Shown: piece after piece, positions 49,336 to 58,475 of the stretch
How the letters are laid out: each line of letters starts with the position of its first letter
How positions within the stretch are numbered: position 1 is the first letter of the stretch
NCBI GenBank assembly: GCA_965222605.1
Contig: OZ244960.1
Location: forward strand, 2,080,001-2,144,000
Direction: 5' to 3'
Source of the DNA: Candidatus Latescibacterota bacterium
GTDB taxonomy: Bacteria; Latescibacterota; UBA2968
DNA length: 64,000 bases
Notes under the pieces: model-generated
The model's database searches: none
What the model was told of the DNA's origin: nothing
The model's input: the letters and a program-made list of their open reading frames with translations, nothing else
Made by a program: the position numbers and the translations under genes

Positions 49336-50385
49336 ATGAAAAAGATCACTGTATTGATGATGTGTATGCTGGGACTGCTCTTCTATCTGCCTGCCAGCGC
49401 GCAGAACGATGCGGATGATGCTGAGCCTGTTGTCATTGAGCCAGGTCAGGACATCCCCAGGGAGCGAAGGGCGCAAACCGGATTCAAATTTCTGGGCGTA
49501 TCGCCAGATGCGAGAGCAGCTGCCATGGGGAATGCTTTTTCCTCCATTCGAAGCGGCTCTACGGCCATGTTCTACAATGCAGCTGCGATGGCCTATTACG
49601 ATCGCAAGTTTGATGTGGCCGGCGGCCAGGTCCAGTGGATCGCTGACGTCAATTACATCACCGGTAGCGCAGCATTTGTGACCAACTTCGGCGTATTCGG
49701 CCTTTCTCTAGTCGCGGTGGACTACGGTGATTTTTTGGGAACAGTACGCTTTGACAATGCGAAAGGGTTCATAGATACCGGTACCTACAGCCCTTCCGCG
49801 TTTGCACTCGGCTTTGGCTACGCCAGAGCCATTACGGACAGGTTTTCCGTTGGTGGCGACCTCAAGATCGCCAGACAGGATATGGGTGCAGTACCTATAT
49901 CAATTACGGGGACGAACCCTTCTCTCAAGGACTTCAAAGAAACAGCAGTTATTGTGGATTTCGGGGTTCTTTACTGGACGGGATTCAAGAGCCTGAATTT
50001 CGCCCTTTCTACGCGCAATTTTGCGACCGAGAGAAAATTCAGTGAAGAGAGCTTTGAACTGCCGCTCACGTTCCGTATGGGATTATCGATGGACCTGGTT
50101 GATCTGACGGGGGTTGACAAGGAGATACATTCGTTCCTGTTTGCAATCGATACCGAACGACCTCGCGACTTCAACGAGAACGTCAAGATGGGGGCGGAGT
50201 ATACAATTATGAAGACCCTTTCACTGCGGATGGGTTATACATTCCCATCTGACGAGGAAGGCATTTCCCTGGGTGTTGGGATGCGTCGCGATCTCGGTGC
50301 AAGGGACGTTGGATTTGACTACGCTTACACCGATTTCGGCGAATTTGATGCCGTTCATCGACTGGGAGTCCACGTAGGTTTCTAG
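49336..50385 (+). CDS. PorV/PorQ-family outer-membrane beta-barrel
   Basis: FLGVSPDARAAAMG, MFYNAA, ELPLTFRMG, FDYAYTDFG..HRLGVHVGF. Confidence 0.88.
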   Translation: MKKITVLMMCMLGLLFYLPASAQNDADDAEPVVIEPGQDIPRERRAQTGFKFLGVSPDARAAAMGNAFSSIRSGSTAMFYNAAAMAYYDRKFDVAGGQVQWIADVNYITGSAAFVTNFGVFGLSLVAVDYGDFLGTVRFDNAKGFIDTGTYSPSAFALGFGYARAITDRFSVGGDLKIARQDMGAVPISITGTNPSLKDFKETAVIVDFGVLYWTGFKSLNFALSTRNFATERKFSEESFELPLTFRMGLSMDLVDLTGVDKEIHSFLFAIDTERPRDFNENVKMGAEYTIMKTLSLRMGYTFPSDEEGISLGVGMRRDLGARDVGFDYAYTDFGEFDAVHRLGVHVGF

Positions 50386-50511
50386 GTGAGAAAGGACCTC
50401 ACTGTGGGTTGAGCTCTGTACCGATGTGGAGTAGAGCGTGGATAGGGGAATTCTAACTCAGGTCCGGTTATCGTAACCTTGGCAAATCAACCGTGTGAAT
50501 AGGAGGCAAAA

Positions 50512-51300
50512 GTGGCCAAGAAATTGGAAGGCAAGGTCGCCGTCGTTACCGGCGGTAACAGCGGCATCGGGGAGGCCACCGGCAAGGTGCTTGCCCGGGA
50601 GGGTGCAAAGGTGGCACTGCTGGCTAGACGTCAGGACAAGGGTCAAGCCGTGCAAGACGAGATTCGCGAGGCAGGTGGCGACGCCACCTTCATTACCTGT
50701 GACGTCAGAGACCATGAGGCCGTCGAGGCGGCAATAGCGCAAACCGTCGAAACCTACCGAGCGATACACATCCTCGTTAACAATGCTGGCGGCGGGGCGT
50801 TTGGGGGAAAAGCCGGGGAACCGATGCGGTTGGAGGACAACGAGACATGGGACCGCGTAATCGCCGTCAACCTGACAGGCCCGTTCTACGTAACCCGGGC
50901 CGTGTGGCCGCATATGGCCGCCGCCGGCGGCGGCGTAATCACCAATATCTCATCCGGCGCCGCCGGGTCGGGCTTCACCGAGAAGATGCTGGAGATTCGC
51001 GGCGGTTTCGATGTCTCGAGCTACGCCGCGGCCAAGGCCGGGCTCGAGGGCTTTACCCGCGTCACCGCCAGCATGGGTGGGCCGGAGAACATCAGGGTCA
51101 ACACCATCCGGCCGCGCCTCATAGTGGACAAGGAAGGGCACCACTGGCTCGAACACGTACGCGAGTACGTCCAGATTCTGGAGGGAAAGGTGCAGGCCGA
51201 AGATATCGCCAATACCGTGCTCTTTCTCAGTTCCGCGGACGCTCGCTATGTCAATGCCGCGACTTTGGAGGTCGGCGGCGGATGTGTTTCCAACATATAG
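50512..51300 (+). CDS. SDR family oxidoreductase
   Basis: TGGNSGIG, LVNNAG, YAAAK. Confidence 0.93.
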   Translation: MAKKLEGKVAVVTGGNSGIGEATGKVLAREGAKVALLARRQDKGQAVQDEIREAGGDATFITCDVRDHEAVEAAIAQTVETYRAIHILVNNAGGGAFGGKAGEPMRLEDNETWDRVIAVNLTGPFYVTRAVWPHMAAAGGGVITNISSGAAGSGFTEKMLEIRGGFDVSSYAAAKAGLEGFTRVTASMGGPENIRVNTIRPRLIVDKEGHHWLEHVREYVQILEGKVQAEDIANTVLFLSSADARYVNAATLEVGGGCVSNI

Positions 51301-51345
51301 CGCGCCGCAGCCCCACCTGGCCACCTGCCCTCGCCCAAGATACGC

Positions 51346-51422
51346 GAGCTGCCGCTCACGTTCCGGATGGGTTTGTCGATGGATCTGATTGATTTGACGG
51401 GGATTGACCAGGAGATCCATTC
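51346..51422 (+). pseudogene. 77-bp scrap of a second PorV paralog
   Basis: 67/77 identical to 50056-50132; ELPLTFRMGLSMDLIDLTGIDQEIH. Confidence 0.85.
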
Positions 51423-51616
51423 ATATCCATTATGTTGCCACACCTCACCAGTTGTTCAATCTGGAAGACGATCCCGAAGAACTTACTAATTGCATCAACG
51501 CCCATCCAGAAGTCGCGTCCGATCTTGAAAAAGAGCTTCGGAAAATTTGCGACCCCGAGTCGGAAAGCGACCGCGCTGAAGCCTTCATCGAGGCGCAACT
51601 GGCAGATATGACCTGA
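51423..51616 (+). pseudogene. C-terminal fragment of a sulfatase (choline-sulfatase-like)
   Basis: IHYVATPHQLFNLEDDPEELTN...LRKICDPE. Confidence 0.7.
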
Positions 51617-51801
51617 TTTTTTGGGGCGTAAGAACAAAGTGCTGTGCCCACTGTGGCGCGAACCTAAAGAGATGCAGCATCTCAGGCCCAACGTTGGGAC
51701 CGGGGGTGAACGGGTCGTGACTTCAGAAAATTTCTGGATTGTTTAACCGACATTGTCACGAGCTGAAAATTCTCAACGCATGAGTTTCTCAAAGAGGCGA
51801 A

Positions 51802-52752
51802 ATGGTAGAACTTGGTTCGGGAGGCTACATCTACGAGACGACAGGTGAGAATTGGGGGAAACTGGAGGAAGATGCGACCTACAAGGAGGCGACAGCGGTA
51901 GCGGTTGACTCAGATGACAAGGTGTATGTGTTCAACCGCGGCACACATCCGATGATCGTTTTCAATACAGAAGGTGAAATTCTGGATACGTGGGGGCACG
52001 GGGAATTCACGAATCCACACGGTGTGTCGGTCGGGCCGGATGGGTCGATCTACTGCGTTGACAATGGTGACAGCACTGTGAAGAGGTTCACCCCCAAAGG
52101 AGAAAAAATCACGGAGCTCCAGGCTGAACATCCTGCGAAAGATATGAGCGGCGATCCATTCTGCAGACCTTGTCACCTGGCGGTCGACGAGAACACGGGT
52201 AACATGTTCGTGGCGGACGGATACACCAACGCACGGGTGCACAAATACGATCCGGACGGTCGCCTCCTGATGTCGTGGGGTGAGTCAGGTACCGGGCCTG
52301 GACAGTTCAACATTGTCGACAATGTCATTGTCGACAATGAAGGGCTTGTTTACATCGCAGATCGCGAAAACCAGCGCGTGCAGGTGTTTGACACAGACGG
52401 GAATTTTGTAACCCAATGGAATGACATGTCACGAGTCGCAGCGATCTGTTTTGGTGTTGGGGACGATTCGAACCTTTATCTGGGTGAATATTACTGCGGT
52501 ATCGGAAGCAACTCGATGGGGACGAATCTTGGCCCACGCGTGTCAGTGATGGACCGGAAGGGGAATGTCCTTGCGCGTGTGGGGACGAATTCCTACGGCG
52601 ATGAGCCCGGCCGATTTTACTCTCCTCACGGGATCGCAGTCGATTCGAAGGGAGACATCTACGTTGCTGAGGTGTCGTGGAGTGACTACGGGAGCAGATT
52701 GGATCCGCCGCGTGAACTCCGGTCGATGCAGAAGCTGAACCGGAAGAGATAA
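51802..52752 (+). CDS. NHL-repeat protein (peptidyl-alpha-hydroxyglycine alpha-amidating lyase-like)
   Basis: VAVDSDDKVYVFNRG, FVADGYTNARVHKY, IADRENQRVQVFD, PHGIAVDSKGDIYVAE. Confidence 0.9.
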   Translation: MVELGSGGYIYETTGENWGKLEEDATYKEATAVAVDSDDKVYVFNRGTHPMIVFNTEGEILDTWGHGEFTNPHGVSVGPDGSIYCVDNGDSTVKRFTPKGEKITELQAEHPAKDMSGDPFCRPCHLAVDENTGNMFVADGYTNARVHKYDPDGRLLMSWGESGTGPGQFNIVDNVIVDNEGLVYIADRENQRVQVFDTDGNFVTQWNDMSRVAAICFGVGDDSNLYLGEYYCGIGSNSMGTNLGPRVSVMDRKGNVLARVGTNSYGDEPGRFYSPHGIAVDSKGDIYVAEVSWSDYGSRLDPPRELRSMQKLNRKR

Positions 52753-52959
52753 AATCTCAACCACGAGTGACCTGCACAGGAAAGTACAGAGGGCACTGTG
52801 CCAGAGTTAATGGGGTTACCTGAAAGCTGCAACTGACCGAAAGCATTGTTAAAGGTAACCACGTATGTCTGCGGTTGATGGCTACTTGAGAGTAGCGGGC
52901 CAGTGGTGAGATACCTTACGGCTAGAGAGTTGCTTAAAGATGCTGGGCTGGCTGGATCG

Positions 52960-53142
52960 CTAAACAATCTGTATGTCGGTGTTGACTGCCTGTCCAATGA
53001 TCCCGATCGCCTAATTGCCAACAACATGCGTCGAGATGCATCCTTGTTCGGGGACGATAACTTCACGGTTCTTCTCGACACTTACAACGATCGACAGAAC
53101 GGGTTTTTCTTCTCAATCAATCCATTGGGGGCCCGGCGGGAC
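52960..53142 (+). pseudogene. Fragment of a CBM9-like/DUF5916 membrane hydrolase gene
   Basis: NLYVG...RRDA..DDNFTVLLDTYNDRQNGFFFSINPLGARRD. Confidence 0.6.
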
Positions 53143-53224
53143 GTGGGACTTCGGGAACGACCCCGGGAACGGCTATTGGGGACGCGTCGACTACAGGGGT
53201 GCGCTGGTCGAATGGAGGGCAATC

Positions 53225-53521
53225 TTTCTCGACTATGAACGAGCTGCCCCTTACGTTACCCAGCCTGAAGTTGAAGCCGGCGACGCGCTGATATTTACTG
53301 AGGCTCTGATCCATGGAACGCTAGCCTGGACGGCTGACCACGAGCGGAAGGCGCTGCTTTATAAATACAGCCCAGGTCACTCTTCCTGGGCAAAGGAATA
53401 TTATGAATCAGGCGAATACGTGAATCCTACCGAACAATTAAAAAGAATCATGGCCGCTCCCTCTGTAGGAGGTAGACCGACTCCGTTGAAGTTCCTGCTT
53501 GATAAGGAGAACAGACAATGA
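53225..53521 (+). pseudogene. 3' fragment of a PhyH-family dioxygenase
   Basis: QPEVEAGDALIFTEALIHGTLAW..LLYKYSPGH, paralogous to the next gene; N-terminus absent. Confidence 0.75.
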
Positions 53522-54279
53522 CACCTGAAGAAAAGTTTATTTTTGACCTCCAGGGCTACATCGTAATCAAGAATATCTTGTCGCACGAGGAAGTAGACAC
53601 GCTCAACACGATTGCTGATGAGCAATTGAAAGTTCAGGAAGAAATTAATGATGGGTTGAAGATTCCCAAGCGAGTATCGCTTTGGGGACGCCCCTATCAG
53701 AACCTGTTCGATCACCCCAACATCATCCCTTATTTGGACGAGCTACTCGGACCAAAATTTCGAGCGGATCACGATTATGGAATTTTCATGCGGCGCGGCT
53801 CCCACAAAGGAGGCCTTCACGGCGGAGACTCCGGAGCTTTTGACGGTCGAGCTAGCCATTGGTACAAATACCGCGATGGTGTCATGCGTAATGGCCTCAC
53901 CGTTGTCGTGTATTTTCTCGCCCCCGTCCGAAAGGGAGACGGTGGATTCTGTTGCGTGCCTGGATCGCACAAGTCCAACTTTGGTGCGGATCTGCCAAAA
54001 GACGTCCGCTCCTTCGATCGCGTTCCACACTACATCGCTCAGCCAGAGGCGGAGGCCGGAGATGCCCTGATTTTTACGGAAGCGACGATGCACGGGACAC
54101 TCCCCTGGACCTCCGATGAGGAGCGTCGTACGCTACTTTACAAGTTCAGCCCGGGTCATTCAATCTGGTCACAACGCTTTTACGATTTCGACGAATACGA
54201 TGGCCTGACCGAACAACAGATGCGTGTCATGTCACCCCCATTTGGTGTTCGACGTCCGGACAGCATTCAGGCCGTTTAA
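53518..54279 (+). CDS. PhyH-family dioxygenase
   Basis: FIFDLQGY, GLHGG, CCVPGSHK, AGDALIFTEATMHG. Confidence 0.9.
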   Translation: MTPEEKFIFDLQGYIVIKNILSHEEVDTLNTIADEQLKVQEEINDGLKIPKRVSLWGRPYQNLFDHPNIIPYLDELLGPKFRADHDYGIFMRRGSHKGGLHGGDSGAFDGRASHWYKYRDGVMRNGLTVVVYFLAPVRKGDGGFCCVPGSHKSNFGADLPKDVRSFDRVPHYIAQPEAEAGDALIFTEATMHGTLPWTSDEERRTLLYKFSPGHSIWSQRFYDFDEYDGLTEQQMRVMSPPFGVRRPDSIQAV

Positions 54280-54296
54280 GCAATAGGGGAACTGCC

Positions 54297-54626
54297 ATGA
54301 CCCCCGAAGAGAAATTTATGTTCGACCTCCAGGGATTTCTCGTTGTGAAAAATGTACTCTCGGGTGACGAAGTTGCCGAACTGAATGAGATATCTGATCG
54401 ATCAAAACCGGATGAGTACGAAACGTATCAGGAAGACGGTTTGAAAATCGCCCGAAGGGTTTCCCAATGGAGTCCGGCTTGCCAGAATCTCTTCGACCAT
54501 CCGAAGTTGGCGCCCTACTTGGTTGGACTCGTCGGCCCAAAAGTGAGGGTGGACGCGCTAACACCTGCTCGAAAGGGCGACGGTGACTTTTGCTGCGTAC
54601 CGGGTTCACACAAATTGAGGGGGTGA
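54297..54626 (+). pseudogene. PhyH-family dioxygenase with internal and 3' deletions
   Basis: N-terminus like 53518; KVRVD jumps to ALTPARKGDG..VPGSHK, then stops. Confidence 0.8.
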
Positions 54627-54800
54627 CGCTCATACCGTCCGGCAAAGCTTCAAACCATTGAGCTTCAAACCTCAGAGCAAACAAAGTCTTACAGCCAGAA
54701 AGCCTTCAGGCTCCGCGTCTCTTTTCGGATTTATCCCTAAACCTTCAAAATACTATCGCGAAGCCCCAGAGATAATTCACTCCGGGGCTTTTTATAAACC

Positions 54801-55577
54801 CTATAGGACATCTTCGATAATGCCCAAGCGATCTTCACGCAAATAATTTCTCAATTTGCGATAATATTGTTCGCGGACTTCTATGCTTTTCATATTGGCA
54901 TCAATGGTATAACCCACGGGCTTAAACACAATAAACATCACTTTCCGGGGAAGTGTGTCAATATTGATAGATGCGCCGTGGACCATCGCCGTGGTACAAA
55001 CCGTCATCTGCCCCGCCTTTGCAAGCAAAGGAACCGGATCTGCAAAGGGCAACTCGGAAAGTTCTCGAAATGGGACTGGATTCTGAATATAAGTCCCATA
55101 CTTTTCCACATCCTCTGCAATCAAACGGTGGCTGCCTGGCCGGTACATGAGAGGTGCCCGCTTTTCCGTCACATCGCTCAACCAGAGCAGACAACTGCAA
55201 AGCATCTGTTTGGGTGTGGCATCCAGATCTGAAAGGCTATATTTAATATCCACATGTTCGGAAAAACTGAATGTTGCGCCGGGCTGTGGATAGGAAGTAA
55301 CAACAAACGCATTAAAAAAGTGTACGGCATCGGCCCTCAATGTCTTTTTGGCCACAGCTTCCAAAAACGGATCCTGGATCAGATCCAGTAATTTGGGCTC
55401 GAGAAAATACCGTTGTCCCACGCGATACTGGGCCGGTTTCCCATCTTTCGAGCCTTCAAACGGCAGCATCCGATCAAAAACCCCCGAAACGCGATCCAGC
55501 CGCGCTTTACTAAAAGGCGTGTCGATAGTTACCGCCCCAATCTCTTCAAATTGTGCGATTTCAGACTCGCCAATCAT
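54801..55577 (-). CDS. PhyH-family dioxygenase
   Basis: EHVD, RPGSH, KAGQMTV..MVHG. Confidence 0.85.
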   Translation of the reverse strand: MIGESEIAQFEEIGAVTIDTPFSKARLDRVSGVFDRMLPFEGSKDGKPAQYRVGQRYFLEPKLLDLIQDPFLEAVAKKTLRADAVHFFNAFVVTSYPQPGATFSFSEHVDIKYSLSDLDATPKQMLCSCLLWLSDVTEKRAPLMYRPGSHRLIAEDVEKYGTYIQNPVPFRELSELPFADPVPLLAKAGQMTVCTTAMVHGASINIDTLPRKVMFIVFKPVGYTIDANMKSIEVREQYYRKLRNYLREDRLGIIEDVL

Positions 55578-55597
55578 AACATACCTCCTATATCCTT

Positions 55598-56866
55598 CTA
55601 CGCATCCAGCCATGCGTCCTCAAACACCCGACATCCGACCCCTTCCTGCCCCATAGAACTGCAGGCGTAGAGGGTGATGTACTGGGATTCATTAAGGGGA
55701 CCAACGGTACTGTACGAAAAGGTCTCTGGCTCGATGACCTTGTGGCGCCAGGTTTGGCCTTCATCATCGCTAAAATAGATAGCACCGCGTTGGCGCTCGG
55801 AGGCGTGCTGCCGCTTGGATTCGGGCAGACCAGAACCATTGGGAATAGAAAACAGCAAACGCCTCCCGCCCCGCGCAAGTGTGCCGTGACAGAGCACGCC
55901 GCTAATATCGACGAGAAACGGCCGGGACCACGTCTTGCCACAATCCGCCGAGGTATGGGCAATGCGCTGCACAGGACCGGGACGCACCTCCGAGAGCGGG
56001 ACATGGGCTTTAAGCATACCCTGTGAATTCAGCCTGCGGACGAGCAACAGTTCCTCACCGCGGTTGACCGACACAGCGGAAGCTTCATTGGCAAGATAGT
56101 CCGTGATAAAACCATCCACGCGCCAGGTCTCACCCTGATCATCGCTGTAGATAACGGCAGAACCGGACTGAGGATGGTTGCGAAAATGATTGGTGACGGC
56201 TTCCCCCTCGGGCACGACAGTGACGGGTCCCCCCAGAACGTATCGCCCCCGATACGGACCCTGAGTAATCGCGTGGACCTGACCCACAGCGTTGAACATA
56301 ATCAGCGTACCATCGGAATAGCGATGGTTCAGAGGCGACCGGTCCCCGAGCAACGTCTCCATAGTCCAGGTGTCGCCGTCGTCATCCGAGTCGAACCGGC
56401 AAAGAACCATAGGCGTATCGCGCCCCACGGCATCGATATCGATACCGGACTGCTCCCGCATCTCGCCGTAATCCTTGTCGTAAATATCCTCCGTACCTCG
56501 CAAATCAACCATAGACAGAACAGACACATGCTCACGTCCATCTCGTTCGGAGAGATACGCAGACACCGCGTAGTGAGTGATCCGACCCGAAACAGCCCTC
56601 GCTGGCGACCATGTCGCGCCCCAATCCCTGCTTTTGCTCGTCAGGATCACCTTTGGATCGTCGTCGCGGCCTCCGCGCAACCTGCCCTGACAAAAGGCGA
56701 TCAACACACCGTCGCGCGTGACGACATACGACGGCTGAAACGTGCGACACACCACCTCACCGTGTACCTCAAACCCAGGCACAAAAGCCAGCGTCCGTTC
56801 ACTCAATCCGTTTTTAAGCTTCCTCATACGGTCTTCTCCTGAATACATCTTATCCAGATCCTCCAT
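55598..56866 (-). CDS. Sialidase/BNR-repeat glycoside hydrolase (GH33-like)
   Basis: Asp-boxes SRDWGATW, SDDDGDTW, SDDQGETW, SADCGKTW, SDDEGQTW; YS near the C-terminus. Confidence 0.85.
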   Translation of the reverse strand: MEDLDKMYSGEDRMRKLKNGLSERTLAFVPGFEVHGEVVCRTFQPSYVVTRDGVLIAFCQGRLRGGRDDDPKVILTSKSRDWGATWSPARAVSGRITHYAVSAYLSERDGREHVSVLSMVDLRGTEDIYDKDYGEMREQSGIDIDAVGRDTPMVLCRFDSDDDGDTWTMETLLGDRSPLNHRYSDGTLIMFNAVGQVHAITQGPYRGRYVLGGPVTVVPEGEAVTNHFRNHPQSGSAVIYSDDQGETWRVDGFITDYLANEASAVSVNRGEELLLVRRLNSQGMLKAHVPLSEVRPGPVQRIAHTSADCGKTWSRPFLVDISGVLCHGTLARGGRRLLFSIPNGSGLPESKRQHASERQRGAIYFSDDEGQTWRHKVIEPETFSYSTVGPLNESQYITLYACSSMGQEGVGCRVFEDAWLDA

Positions 56867-58349
56867 CGCGAAACCGCAGCGAATAGAGGCCCACGTTCTT
56901 GAGGTAGAAGCGGAGGAACACAGGCATGCCCACGAGTTCGGCCATATCCTGCTTACTTTTCCACGTCACTTTGTGCTCGACAAGGTCAACAGCCTGTGTG
57001 GTGCAGTCGGCAAGGGTGAAGCCGGGCACGGGACTCGGGGCACCGCTCTCACCGAAACGCAGCACTTCGACAGCGAATTCGGGCGGAACAATCGCCGTGG
57101 CCGGATCGCTGTTATAACCGTCGGCCACGGTCGTATTGACGATCAGTTCCGGTGCGGCAACAACCATTTCGCGGGTAAGCAGGAAGCCACCCGTGTGCGC
57201 ACCCATCTGCGCGACGAATCGATCCCGGAGGAATTGCGCCCGGCCGATGCCCGAGACATTGTTCCTGTTGCCCTGTGCCTGGCCGTGGCGGGATCCGCGA
57301 TAGTAGATAAAATCCGTATTTCCCATGCTCACAATGCCTCCGGCCCCCGAGGTGGAACCCGAGTCGAAGGCGTCGGAGCCGCCATGGGGAAGATATACAG
57401 ACCGGTCGGGCAGCATATTCCAGTGCAGACCATCGCTGCTAAACGCCAGATGCAGATGGAATGCCATGTGCGGCGGCGGCCCCATACTTCCGATAAAACC
57501 GATGAAATGGCTACCTACCCGAGAAACCACCATGTGGTCGATATCCGGATCATCTACTTCTTCCGGCCACATCACCACCCGGGGCTGGCCAAAATCATAC
57601 GGCGTCTCCCCGACCATCACCGCCGTCCGGCGCTTGTAGTTGTGCTCCGTCGGTCCACCCGGCACATCCCCAACGCCAGCGGTACACACGGGCCGCGTGA
57701 ACATCAGCCAGCGCTCCCGAACAGGGTCGAACACCATGTTTTGCCATGTGTCCCGCAGACCGATGAAAGCCGGGTTCGACGGGTCCTCCCGCCAGTGAAT
57801 CCCATCATCCGAATAAGCCAGACACAGACACCCATAGCCCTCGGCCAGATTGTCCTTGTAAGTCATCAGAAAACGGCTCTGCTGCACGCCACCGAGGGGG
57901 TTCCACATCACGCGCACCCCCTGGGCCTTTTGCTGTCCCGTGACCACCACATTGGTCCTCTCATATTGTCCGTACGGCTTGCCTTCCAGCATCGGCTTGT
58001 CCCAGTGTACCCCGTCCGGGCTTTCGGCATAGCAGACAAAATAGGGATACCCGTGCCGCTCCGCCTGCCAGTCTTTGAAGCGAAACTGGTGCATCCACGC
58101 GTTCCAATCGGTCCCGGTATACCACATGCGGAACACGCCAGCTTCGTCGTCGTAAATCACATTTTGCTGACCCACCCCATCTTCCCACGGCCTGTCGGGC
58201 ATGAGCACGGGGTTGTGCGGATCCTTAATCGGCACATTCAGCACGCGTCTTACCTCCCAGCGGTCTTCCACAGTGGCATTGTCGATCAGCAATACGGTTT
58301 CCGTACCAACCTCAAGTGGCTCCCCTGCGCAGTAGGATTCCAGATTCAT
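56850..58349 (-). CDS. Putative five-bladed beta-propeller glycosidase-like protein
   Basis: CYAESPDGVHW, AYSDDGIHW, AFSSDGLHW repeats; LRFYLK..LYS C-terminus. Confidence 0.7.
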   Translation of the reverse strand: MNLESYCAGEPLEVGTETVLLIDNATVEDRWEVRRVLNVPIKDPHNPVLMPDRPWEDGVGQQNVIYDDEAGVFRMWYTGTDWNAWMHQFRFKDWQAERHGYPYFVCYAESPDGVHWDKPMLEGKPYGQYERTNVVVTGQQKAQGVRVMWNPLGGVQQSRFLMTYKDNLAEGYGCLCLAYSDDGIHWREDPSNPAFIGLRDTWQNMVFDPVRERWLMFTRPVCTAGVGDVPGGPTEHNYKRRTAVMVGETPYDFGQPRVVMWPEEVDDPDIDHMVVSRVGSHFIGFIGSMGPPPHMAFHLHLAFSSDGLHWNMLPDRSVYLPHGGSDAFDSGSTSGAGGIVSMGNTDFIYYRGSRHGQAQGNRNNVSGIGRAQFLRDRFVAQMGAHTGGFLLTREMVVAAPELIVNTTVADGYNSDPATAIVPPEFAVEVLRFGESGAPSPVPGFTLADCTTQAVDLVEHKVTWKSKQDMAELVGMPVFLRFYLKNVGLYSLRFRDGGSG

Positions 58350-58475
58350 GTCACAACTCCTTATCCTCAAATTCTTCCCGTTTAGAACGCGACCTCAGCC
58401 ATACATCACGCAATTAATGCGATCTTTTCAGGGGGTCAAGCAAATCGTGGACTTCCCAGCTATAATTCTTTTCCC

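Noticed and set aside
48329-49336. 335-aa minus-strand ORF
   Set aside because: Antisense to the CTD protein; no recognisable features
50056-51422. porV repeat pair as DGR template/variable repeats
   Set aside because: Mismatches are not adenine-specific, are mostly synonymous, and no reverse transcriptase is present
56742-58385. 547-aa plus-strand ORF
   Set aside because: Lies antisense to a motif-bearing propeller gene; R/H/P-rich composition typical of a GC-rich shadow frame
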